Both the position numbers and the translations under genes were made by a program. Shown here one piece after another: positions 8,836-17,063 of a DNA stretch of 64,000 bases (positions are counted from its first letter, which is position 1; every line of letters starts with the position of its first letter). The stretch comes from an uncultured Saprospiraceae bacterium (lineage in GTDB: Bacteria; Bacteroidota; Bacteroidia; Chitinophagales; Saprospiraceae): the NCBI GenBank assembly GCA_937929885.1, contig CALFUQ010000077.1, forward strand, positions 5,105-69,104, read 5' to 3'. The notes beneath the pieces were generated by a model. The model saw only the letters and a list, made by a program, of their open reading frames with translations. It searched no databases and was not told the origin of the DNA.

Positions 8836-9672
8836 TTAGAAAGATATCAATCTTTCGGTTACACCAGAGAATCCAACGATCGCGCATGTAAGTACGAAGA
8901 TCCATATCCCAACATACAATGGGACAAATCTCTTACGCTTAGTAAGCATTTCAGGATGTGTGATTGGCATTTCTTGAAATTTCCCTCTAGGTCTATCAAG
9001 GAAGAAAAAAGTCTTATAGGTCTCAATACTAGCTATCGTAAACCCAATACTACACATGGTAATGATCAATAGATTAGTTGTGTATAAGCTTGCAATAAAT
9101 GCATAGAAGTAAGCAACTCCTGGAGACCTAAAAAATTTGAAAGTTTCGAAGCCCTCTATTGGAGCATCTTTCCAAGCACCACCAAATGCAGATACCCAAC
9201 CGAATACACTACATGGCAATAAGAGCAACCATGGGTTCCAATTAATTTTTCCAGATTGGTGAGCTTCATTGAGATAATACATTCCTATTGAGATCAAAAG
9301 TAAAATCGCTACATAAAGAAATCCAAAGAATAACCTCGCTCCATAACTCTTTACAGGCTTGCCAAAAACAGACAGCTGCATAGGAATAAAATACTTACTC
9401 TGATCCTCTACTCTGATAAAGGTTTTATAAACCTCCATGGTGATTCTCTCCAGCGAATAGGTAGCTCCAAAGAGGATTAACATGTTGCCAAGCAAAGTCA
9501 TATCTAAATCAAAAAATCTTGCAACTAAAGGCCCATATATAACTCCAGCTATTACACTTCTAAAATAGGTAGCCCAACTAAATCCTTCGTGAGGAGCATC
9601 TTTGTACATCCCCCATGTAGCATTGTGTAATCCTACGGCGAGTCCTACTATGAGTGCGATAAGTAATTGCAT
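8836..9672 (-). CDS. Polytopic membrane protein of unknown family with internal two-fold repeat
   Basis: 278 aa, hydrophobic throughout. YKDAPHEGFSWATYFRS...MEVYKTF (aa 23-85) is repeated as WKDAPIEGFETFKFFRS...IETYKTF (aa 167-222). Confidence 0.7.
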   Translation of the reverse strand: MQLLIALIVGLAVGLHNATWGMYKDAPHEGFSWATYFRSVIAGVIYGPLVARFFDLDMTLLGNMLILFGATYSLERITMEVYKTFIRVEDQSKYFIPMQLSVFGKPVKSYGARLFFGFLYVAILLLISIGMYYLNEAHQSGKINWNPWLLLLPCSVFGWVSAFGGAWKDAPIEGFETFKFFRSPGVAYFYAFIASLYTTNLLIITMCSIGFTIASIETYKTFFFLDRPRGKFQEMPITHPEMLTKRKRFVPLYVGIWIFVLTCAIVGFSGVTERLISF

Positions 9673-9674
9673 AA

Positions 9675-10658
9675 TTATTTTTTTGTACTAGCGTAAATTT
9701 GTTCAATCAATACGAGATCCTTCTTAGCCATATGATAGTTAAATGCTGGCTGTTTTCCGGTGCGCAAAGAAACAAAAAAATCCTTAAACATAGGCTTATA
9801 TCCAGCTATGTGACTCAGTTTAGGAAAGGATAATCTCGACTTCTTGCCACGCAGATAGAGCATCACTCCATTACTCTCAAAAGTGGTAGAGCCTTCTCTA
9901 CCATAGATTTTTGATAGCCTTAGACCTTTAGCAATTGTAGAGACCTCCCAAGAGTAAATAAGATTGATTACAGCACCTTCTTTAGTCTCTGCTGTAACTT
10001 GTATGCTTCTTTCTAATTCTGTCTCTTGTTTGGGGATAAACCCTTTTGCCTCTTTAATCTCTAGTCCTATGTTATTGATAAAACTTATCCAATGTATTCC
10101 TCCTTCAAATAATGCTCCGAATCCGCTAATCGATTTGTTTTCTCTCCAATCGTTTTTACTCTTTTGAGTTTTAGTGGCATTGATCTGAATAAAGAGTGGA
10201 TCGCCGATTAGCTTCTCTTTTATTACTTCCTCAATTCTATATCGGAGCGGTTTATAGAAGTAGTTTTCAGCAACCATAAACTGCAGCCCTTTGCTATCTG
10301 CCAGTGCTCCTAATTCATCAAATCTATCAGAACTTAAAAATGGTGGCTTCTCTACAATTACATGTTTGCCCGCCTCCAATGTTTGCTTAGCTAATTCATA
10401 GTGTGAGTTGGGAGGAGTATTTATCATAACCACATCTATCTGGTCAGAATTTATTGCCTCATCATAAGACCCAAATGCATGCTCCCCATTATGCTTTTGC
10501 TTGTACCCTTCAGCTTTCTCTAATGTTCTACTTGCAAACGACAGCTTAATATTTTTATCTGCATATCGAGCTCTACCTACATGCTTTTTAGTCACATCTC
10601 CGCAACCTAAAAAAACCAGCCTAATAGGAGCATCATCTCCAATAGCATTATAGCTCAT
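9675..10658 (-). CDS. Gfo/Idh/MocA family NAD(P)-dependent oxidoreductase
   Basis: 327 aa with an N-terminal Rossmann fold IRLVFLGCGDVTKKH and the motif VVMINTPPNSHYELAKQTLEAGKHVIVEKP typical of the family. Confidence 0.8.
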   Translation of the reverse strand: MSYNAIGDDAPIRLVFLGCGDVTKKHVGRARYADKNIKLSFASRTLEKAEGYKQKHNGEHAFGSYDEAINSDQIDVVMINTPPNSHYELAKQTLEAGKHVIVEKPPFLSSDRFDELGALADSKGLQFMVAENYFYKPLRYRIEEVIKEKLIGDPLFIQINATKTQKSKNDWRENKSISGFGALFEGGIHWISFINNIGLEIKEAKGFIPKQETELERSIQVTAETKEGAVINLIYSWEVSTIAKGLRLSKIYGREGSTTFESNGVMLYLRGKKSRLSFPKLSHIAGYKPMFKDFFVSLRTGKQPAFNYHMAKKDLVLIEQIYASTKK

Positions 10659-10670
10659 GACTTGAAATTA

Positions 10671-12221
10671 CTAAAACTTATTTTGCAAAAGATAGTCCCC
10701 TACTCTGAGTGCGTTGGCACTGATAGTCAGCGAAGGATTAACCGCCGCAGAGGTAGGCATAAAGGATGCATCAACAACTGATAAATTATCGATTCCTCTA
10801 AAATTACAGTTAGCATCAAGAGCTGAGGTCTTTTCATCTATACCCATCCTTACTGTTCCTACTGCGTGAGAAAAGGTTCTAATATTGTGCGTATAAGTCA
10901 AGACTGCTCCTGTCTTTTTCATTATTTTTTTTGCTTTGAGGGTCAGTGCTTTTAGTGCCGCCATATCTCTTGTAGAGTATTCATGAGAGACAATCGGAGT
11001 TGGCATATTAAAAGCTCCTATCGTGGACTTATCTACCTTGAGATAGTTATCAAACTGTGGTTGGTCTTCTGCTATAGCTAACAGGCCTGTGAGTAGCTTC
11101 ACACCCAGCGCTGCCACCTTACCAAGTGGTTTAGGGGCTTCATGTTCTACCAAGCCACCTGGTGGCGTCGGCACTTGCTGTAAGCTGCCTAGTTTATGTT
11201 TAGGATAATCGATGGTATCATGACCAAAGTAATAATCAAGGATAGCTAACTCTTTATGAAATCGCTGCTCCTTATCTGCAATCCCAGCATAAATCCCAAA
11301 TACAATCGAATTAGTATGGCGCATCAGGTAGCGCCCGATAACATTACCTGCTGGGTTTAATTTATCTAGATCACTGGCAAGTAAAATATGTGGTGAAGCC
11401 AGAGCGCCTGCAGATAAAATAATCTGTGTGCCACTTACTTCTATTTCCTCTTTTGTCTTTGTATCAAAACAAGACAGAGAGCTTACTTTGCTCTCTTCAG
11501 TATTTATTTTCGCTACTGTGGTGTTTGCTCTTAGCACCATGCCCTTTTTTACAAGGTCATTAAGTAACATTGTAGGGAGATCATTTTTAGCTTCTACCGC
11601 ACAAGCGAATGTATCACAGGTTGTGCAGTTCTGACAGGTGTTTCGAGACGTATCTTGGTAATTGATTGCTATCGGAAGATGAAATGGTTTTAGACCTAAA
11701 CCTTCAGCTGCTGATTTTACTTTCTCAGATACTTTAGCATATCGTCCAGGCTTCTGAGGAAAATCTTGGTTACGATGTGGCTCTGTAGGATCTACTCCAG
11801 ACTCTCCTGCAATATTTAGTAAATTCTCCGCCTCATCATAGTAAGGTGATAAGTCAACATAAGAGATAGGCCACTCAGCTCCCGAATCTCCTACAATCTC
11901 TTGAGGCGGATTAAAGTCATCTTCTCTAAATCTGAATGATACGCCCCCATAAAAGACGGAAGGCCCTCCTACACACGAATAGACACCCATAGCAGGCTTA
12001 TTACCGCCCTTAATGACCTTGTACGGTAGTTTCTTGTCATAGAACGGAGAAAGGTCAATAGAACCATTCCTTTCCCAGTTTTGGGGGCCTCGGACTACCC
12101 AATCGCCTCGCTCTAGCATTAAGACCTTCTTGCCGCCATCTACTAGTTTCTTAGCTATCATGCTTCCTCCAAAACCACTACCTATAATTATGGCATCAAA
12201 ATGCTGCTCTAATTCTTTCAT
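10671..12221 (-). CDS. GMC-family FAD-dependent oxidoreductase (sugar/polyol dehydrogenase flavoprotein-like)
   Basis: 516 aa. It has the FAD motif DAIIIGSGFGGSM, the Cys cluster CQNCTTCDTFACAVEAK and the C-terminal GMC motif GTVRMG..VVDASFMPTSAAVNPSLTISANA. Confidence 0.8.
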   Translation of the reverse strand: MKELEQHFDAIIIGSGFGGSMIAKKLVDGGKKVLMLERGDWVVRGPQNWERNGSIDLSPFYDKKLPYKVIKGGNKPAMGVYSCVGGPSVFYGGVSFRFREDDFNPPQEIVGDSGAEWPISYVDLSPYYDEAENLLNIAGESGVDPTEPHRNQDFPQKPGRYAKVSEKVKSAAEGLGLKPFHLPIAINYQDTSRNTCQNCTTCDTFACAVEAKNDLPTMLLNDLVKKGMVLRANTTVAKINTEESKVSSLSCFDTKTKEEIEVSGTQIILSAGALASPHILLASDLDKLNPAGNVIGRYLMRHTNSIVFGIYAGIADKEQRFHKELAILDYYFGHDTIDYPKHKLGSLQQVPTPPGGLVEHEAPKPLGKVAALGVKLLTGLLAIAEDQPQFDNYLKVDKSTIGAFNMPTPIVSHEYSTRDMAALKALTLKAKKIMKKTGAVLTYTHNIRTFSHAVGTVRMGIDEKTSALDANCNFRGIDNLSVVDASFMPTSAAVNPSLTISANALRVGDYLLQNKF

Positions 12222-12288
12222 GAAGATGTAAATGTATATGCGTTCTCTTAGGGATGCAACCTAGTAATTAACCTAGACTTGATTTGTA

Positions 12289-12296
12289 TAACTTTG
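12289..12296 (+). promoter_or_regulatory. -7 promoter box TAacTTTG
   Basis: Exact TAnnTTTG match 34 nt upstream of the TTG start at 12330. Confidence 0.35.
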
Positions 12297-12329
12297 TCAA
12301 GATTTATAACAATTTGACAACTTAGACAA

Positions 12330-12998
12330 TTGAGTAAGATCTTCTTTATTCCTGGCCTTGGTGCCAACGAAATGGTGTTTGACAAAATCGGAGATTTACC
12401 TTTAGAAAAGGTTAAAATAAAATGGTTAGACAATCAAGATAATGAATCCATCCAAGCTTATGCTAACAGACTAATAGAAACCTATAGGATTAATAAAGAT
12501 GATACTATAGCTGGGCTTTCCTTTGGAGGATTACTAGCACAAGAAATAGCTAGAATTCTTAATCATAAGATAGTAATCTTAATCTCTAGTTTTAGAGACA
12601 CACACGATTTAAGACCACTCTATCAAATCGGATTAAAGTCAGGACTATATAGACTTGCGCCAAACTTCCGAGTACCAATTATCGATGAGATTATTGCCTA
12701 TAATCTAAACTCACAAAACCAAGAGAGTAAACCCATACTCAGAGAGATGTTAGAGCAAACTAATTATGAATTGCTAAAGTGGTCGCTTCAAAAAATTGCA
12801 GAACTTCCTCTAAAATCAGATGAGGCCTTTATAGCACATAATATCATTGGCAATAATGACAAGATCTTAAGGACTTGGAAAAATGAGTACACCACAATTA
12901 TCCAAGGTGGAAGCCATTTTATGGTTTATGAAAAAGCGAATGAAGTGACAGAAGTAATCAGAAAGATTATTGAAAAAAAAGAAAACCAGAAAGCTTAG
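12330..12998 (+). CDS. Alpha/beta-fold hydrolase
   Basis: 222 aa with a TTG start. It has an N-terminal KIFFIPGLG strand and the nucleophile elbow GLSFGG (GxSxG). Confidence 0.65.
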   Translation: MSKIFFIPGLGANEMVFDKIGDLPLEKVKIKWLDNQDNESIQAYANRLIETYRINKDDTIAGLSFGGLLAQEIARILNHKIVILISSFRDTHDLRPLYQIGLKSGLYRLAPNFRVPIIDEIIAYNLNSQNQESKPILREMLEQTNYELLKWSLQKIAELPLKSDEAFIAHNIIGNNDKILRTWKNEYTTIIQGGSHFMVYEKANEVTEVIRKIIEKKENQKA

Positions 12999-13507
12999 TT
13001 AAATCCTATATCAGAAGAAGAAGATTGAGCATATCTTTTCTCTACATCTTCGTCTCTTCTAAGATTTAATTCATAGCAAGGAATAACTAGTCCTCGCGTG
13101 GCAAGTCGATTATAATAATTGAATACGTGACTTGGCTGCTCAAACCCTAATTCTTGTTCAAATTTGAATTGACAATTTTCGTCCGTTTGTGGATTTTTTC
13201 CGTAGGCGATTTTGACGTAGTATTCTTCTTGTGGGATATTTCTGATATTAAAGGAGGTACCTGATTTGATAAAAACTTCCCTGACTACAATATCAGTATT
13301 CTTATTGATCAGCTTGACATACATATCACTTTGCTTACTTCCCAAAACCCTTAGAAAGTTATCCATGCTAGCATCATAACTCCCTTCTGTAGTCTGGCAA
13401 GGGGTACTCATACCCGTGCTAAGCTGGAGATTAGACCAGTCCTGAGCATTACCATAATAGCAAAAGAGCATCATGCATAAGCACGTGCTTAAAAGGGATT
13501 TTGCCAA
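12995..13507 (-). CDS. Small secreted protein, unknown function
   Basis: 170 aa with signal peptide LLSTCLCMMLFCYYGNAQ. I recognise no family. It is divergent from the ECF sigma gene. Confidence 0.55.
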   Translation of the reverse strand: MAKSLLSTCLCMMLFCYYGNAQDWSNLQLSTGMSTPCQTTEGSYDASMDNFLRVLGSKQSDMYVKLINKNTDIVVREVFIKSGTSFNIRNIPQEEYYVKIAYGKNPQTDENCQFKFEQELGFEQPSHVFNYYNRLATRGLVIPCYELNLRRDEDVEKRYAQSSSSDIGFN

Positions 13508-13704
13508 AGTTTTATATAGTTTTTTCCTAGTTGATTAACTAGGTAATAATCAAGACTGTTAAGATAGGAAAATCTTGTTCGTTGAAAGAATTTACTTAAA
13601 GAAAAACTTTAACAGGAAGCCGATAATCCAATTAAATAAGTCATATACTAAAAAAGAAAATGTATGATTTACTATTAGAGTCAATTACGAGTAATCATAT
13701 GCGA

Positions 13705-13712
13705 TATCTTTG
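13705..13712 (+). promoter_or_regulatory. -7 promoter box TAtcTTTG
   Basis: Exact TAnnTTTG match ending 10 nt before the sigma-factor ATG (13722), which implies a very short leader. Confidence 0.4.
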
Positions 13713-13721
13713 CTGACATAA

Positions 13722-14285
13722 ATGAGTGATTTAAGCCGCAAATCAAATAAAGACAACGAGCTAATACTTGCTTACAAGGAAACGGGTAACATCCAAGCTC
13801 TAGGAGAATTGTACAATTCCTACATGTCCTTAATCTACGGCCTATGCTTAAAGTATTTTAAAAACAAGGAGGATAGTGAGGATGCTGTAATGGGTATCTA
13901 TGAGCTAATCTCGATTAAGCTAAAGACTCAGGAGGTAAACAACTTCAAAAGCTGGCTCTTTGTCGTGTCAAAGAACTATTGCTTGGATAAGTTAAGAAAG
14001 GATAAAAGGGATTTAACAAAAGAAAAACAACTCGCTCTTATGCAATCGAGTGAATATTTTCATCCTGATGAAGTAAATGAAAGAGAAAGAGAGTTTAATT
14101 TATTAGAGCAATGCTTAGAGAAGCTTCCCGAATTGCAGAAACAAATGATCGACCTATTCTATTATCAAAAAAAATCCTACCAGGATATAGTAGATTCAGA
14201 AAGGTTGTCTTGGAATAGAGTGAGATCTAATATTCAAAATGGAAGAAGGAATCTAAAGCAATGTATCGAGGCTAATGGACATTAA
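13722..14285 (+). CDS. ECF-type sigma-70 family RNA polymerase sigma factor
   Basis: 187 aa. Region 2 is LIYGLCLKYFKNKEDSEDAVMGIY..FKSWLFVVSKNYCLDKLRK. Region 4 is LPELQKQMIDLFYYQKKSYQDI. Confidence 0.8.
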   Translation: MSDLSRKSNKDNELILAYKETGNIQALGELYNSYMSLIYGLCLKYFKNKEDSEDAVMGIYELISIKLKTQEVNNFKSWLFVVSKNYCLDKLRKDKRDLTKEKQLALMQSSEYFHPDEVNEREREFNLLEQCLEKLPELQKQMIDLFYYQKKSYQDIVDSERLSWNRVRSNIQNGRRNLKQCIEANGH

Positions 14286-15396
14286 AGATCGAACATATTA
14301 TGACAGGCTACTCAGCCAATACATAGATGGCACTATCTCTGACGGAGATAGATTTGTTCTAGAAAAACATGCACTCGATGATCCATTTTTATTTGAAGCT
14401 TTAGAGGGGTTGCAAAACAAGAATGGAAGCAACATGGCAGTAATTGCGGCACTGAAGTCAAAAGTGAGGGCAAAAGGGAAAGAAAACAAAAAAAGATCAA
14501 TTCCTTTATACAACTATGGAATAGCAGCTTCACTTATATTGCTACTAGGTGTGGGTCTTTGGTTTTTCACTGATTCTATGAATTCCCAAAATGGTGTTGC
14601 ACTTAATACCCAGATAGAAAGCAGCACATCAGGCCCTAATCGCGAATTGATACCCAGCCCAGATGCCAATGAAGAAATTTCTATAGCTGGATCACAAGAT
14701 GTATCGACTAATGGCCAATATGATTCTCCGAAAGCAGTAATCTCTCAAGCTGATAATGAAGAAGAAGAAAGTGTATCTACCTCGTCGGCCCCGCCTCCAA
14801 CACAAGCACCCAAACCTGAGCTTGAAAATGAAGTAGTTATTAATCAAGAACAACTGCGAGAATCTCAACCTTCTTACCGTAAGGCAAAAAGTAAAATTAT
14901 AGAACCAGATGTAAATAAGCCAAAAGAAGATCCAATTAAAGAAGATGCTAGTGTGGCAATAGCAAAATCAGACCAAGCCGACGCAGAGTCTTTGAGTGAT
15001 AATACTACATCAATTGAAGTTTTTAAAAATGATACTCCTACTACAAATGTGAATTCCCAAAGAGCTAAGGAGCAATTTGTATTTCCGCAAGAAGAATACA
15101 TCCTGTCATTAGATAAAAAAACATTTGTAGCTCCAAAGGAAGGGATTACTGCCTTAAGGGAATCATTCTCCGAAGAGCCAAGTCAGCTAAGAAAATTTGA
15201 AAATAATTCTCCAGATCAAATTGTAATCCAGTTCAAACTCAACAAAGATGGCACACCAACAAATCTTGAGATAATTTCTGGAGAAGATCAAGGCTGTATT
15301 AACCGGATTGTTGCCAATCTTAAATATCAAGGAAATTGGGTTACTTCTCCTCCAAAAAAAGTAGTCGAAGTTAGACTCACCTTACCGTGTCAATAG
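14275..15396 (+). CDS. Putative membrane-anchored anti-sigma factor
   Basis: 373 aa, overlapping the sigma stop by 11 nt. It has an N-terminal YIDGTISDGDRFVLEKHALDDPFLFEALEGL motif and a single TM helix (AASLILLLGVGLWFF). A long acidic/Pro-rich linker precedes a C-terminal globular domain. Confidence 0.55.
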   Translation: MDIKDRTYYDRLLSQYIDGTISDGDRFVLEKHALDDPFLFEALEGLQNKNGSNMAVIAALKSKVRAKGKENKKRSIPLYNYGIAASLILLLGVGLWFFTDSMNSQNGVALNTQIESSTSGPNRELIPSPDANEEISIAGSQDVSTNGQYDSPKAVISQADNEEEESVSTSSAPPPTQAPKPELENEVVINQEQLRESQPSYRKAKSKIIEPDVNKPKEDPIKEDASVAIAKSDQADAESLSDNTTSIEVFKNDTPTTNVNSQRAKEQFVFPQEEYILSLDKKTFVAPKEGITALRESFSEEPSQLRKFENNSPDQIVIQFKLNKDGTPTNLEIISGEDQGCINRIVANLKYQGNWVTSPPKKVVEVRLTLPCQ

Positions 15397-15457
15397 TATT
15401 ATTTCATTCATGATAAGCGTACTCTATTCCCCCCTTTATTATTCGATTTAAAATCAA

Positions 15458-15481
15458 AAAACCCATGTTCTTAGGGTTTTC
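15458..15481 (+). terminator. Weak hairpin/terminator after the sigma/anti-sigma pair
   Basis: AAAACCC-9 nt-GGGTTTT stem (only 3 GC pairs) ending in a T-run. Confidence 0.3.
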
Positions 15482-15556
15482 GGCACCTCATAGTGTTAAA
15501 ATCTAGTATAAACCCTCAGATATTTCTGATAATTAGCCGTCATCTTTGGGGGGTAA

Positions 15557-15572
15557 GACGATATAGATCGTC
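15557..15572. promoter_or_regulatory. Perfect 6-4-6 palindrome GACGATatagATCGTC, candidate operator of the Crp/Fnr gene
   Basis: Located 32 nt upstream of ATG 15604 and just downstream of a near-consensus -7 box cAtcTTTG (15541-15548). Confidence 0.35.
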
Positions 15573-15603
15573 ATAACTCCAAACCCCCTAAACAAAATGA
15601 ATT

Positions 15604-16293
15604 ATGAATCCTTCGTCAAAATTCTTGATACTAAAACAATTTGATCTGCTAGCAGACTTAAATGAGAGTGAGCTTAATATGCTTTCTAATGTAGCAGTTT
15701 TTAAAAGAGTCCTTAGAGGTGAGTTTATCTACCATGAGACTGATAAGATGCAGTATATATATCTCCTAGAAAAAGGATCTGTAAAGTTAGGTAGTAAAAC
15801 TGGTGAAGAGAAGTTATTGATAAAAGACATAGTACATGAGCAATCAATGTTTGGGGAGAACGTATTTGTGGATAACGATATAAGGTTAGAATTTGCAGAA
15901 GTGCTTAATGACGCTAAGTTGTTTTTAATCCCTTTAGATTTTTTCAAAAATCTAGTGCACTCAAATGGGGATTTTGCAAAGCGAGTACTAGATCTAATCG
16001 TAGAACGTCTAAGACATCTTGAAGAAAGAGTCCAGAGCTTCGTTTTTAAAAGTGCAAAGGATAGAATATTTGATTTTATAATAAAGACTGGCAAGAATAG
16101 AGGAATAAAAATTGGCTTAGATGAGTGCCTAATAAATCATGGCATGTCACATAGCGAGATCGCATTCCTCACAGACACCTCCAGACAAACCGTAGCAAGA
16201 GTACTAGGTGAATTAAAGCGAGCTAACTTAATTCACTTCAGCCCCAGGAAACCTAATAAAATATTGATAAGAAATTTAGGCTCGGTAGCCTAA
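15604..16293 (+). CDS. Crp/Fnr family transcriptional regulator
   Basis: 229 aa with an N-terminal cNMP-binding-like beta-roll and the C-terminal HTH SHSEIAFLTDTSRQTVARVLGELKRANLI. Confidence 0.8.
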   Translation: MNPSSKFLILKQFDLLADLNESELNMLSNVAVFKRVLRGEFIYHETDKMQYIYLLEKGSVKLGSKTGEEKLLIKDIVHEQSMFGENVFVDNDIRLEFAEVLNDAKLFLIPLDFFKNLVHSNGDFAKRVLDLIVERLRHLEERVQSFVFKSAKDRIFDFIIKTGKNRGIKIGLDECLINHGMSHSEIAFLTDTSRQTVARVLGELKRANLIHFSPRKPNKILIRNLGSVA

Positions 16294-16317
16294 CAAGATT
16301 ACCCTTTTAGATTAGAT

Positions 16318-16355
16318 AGCCCTCAGTTCATTTTTGAATTGGGGGCTTCTTTTTG
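16318..16355 (+). terminator. Rho-independent terminator after the Crp/Fnr gene
   Basis: 13-bp stem (16318-16330 / 16335-16347, two G-U pairs) with a TTTT loop, followed by TCTTTTT. Confidence 0.7.
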
Positions 16356-16493
16356 TGCTTGCCTTTCCTCTATCCGACTTCGACATAAATCGAAACCACC
16401 TTTCTTCAATTTCAATAGAGAAAGAATAATCGATATACTTTCTCTCCATTTGTAAATAGAGAAACAGGTGAGGAAATTTTAGAGGAGTTTATC

Positions 16494-17063
16494 TTAAACA
16501 ATTATTTGCCCTTCCTCTTTTTCTCCTATTATCTTAGCTTCACCAGCAAAGTATCTACGCCCAATCAACCAGCAGAGAACTGCATCAATCTGATGATAGC
16601 TACCTATACTATCAATCTTTAAACCAACCAACTCCTCCAGAGCTTTAAGCAAGGTGGAACTAACCATCGACTTTTTATTATAGTTGGTAATAAGTACATC
16701 GTTCTCTCTAACAAAAGCAGCAGGATAAGATTCATAACAATCTATATCTTTATCTGATAATGACCTCGTGAGCTTCATAGCTCGAGCAGTTAATCCTCCT
16801 AAAAACATGGGAGACATAGCCTTAAGTTCTTTATCACAAGCTCTATAGAAATAATCTTGGCCTTTCCCAAAGTAAGCACCTGGTAAGCTGAGAGGTGCAT
16901 CGATAAATATCTGTTTTGGTTGTAAAGAATCAACAGCTTCCTTGATAAATAAATCCGCATCTTGCTTCTTCTCAGATTGAATGACAATTAGCCTTTCATC
17001 TTTCTGATAACAAATAGCAGTTGTACCGGCTAGCTTTGAGCCATAATCAATTCCTAGATGCAT
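16494..17063 (-). CDS. RNase H-fold protein, DUF429/YqgF-like (function unknown)
   Basis: 189 aa. The N-terminus MHLGIDYGSKLAGTTAI resembles the first strand and acidic residue of RNase H-like or resolvase folds. The later IFIDAPLSLPG motif is as in DUF429. It overlaps the upstream peptidase gene by 17 nt. Confidence 0.45.
   Translation of the reverse strand: MHLGIDYGSKLAGTTAICYQKDERLIVIQSEKKQDADLFIKEAVDSLQPKQIFIDAPLSLPGAYFGKGQDYFYRACDKELKAMSPMFLGGLTARAMKLTRSLSDKDIDCYESYPAAFVRENDVLITNYNKKSMVSSTLLKALEELVGLKIDSIGSYHQIDAVLCWLIGRRYFAGEAKIIGEKEEGQIIV

Noticed and set aside
12248-12433. 61-aa minus-strand ORF spanning the GMC/hydrolase intergenic region.
   Set aside because: It overlaps the promoter and 5' end of the alpha/beta hydrolase gene, has no motif and a basic low-complexity translation.
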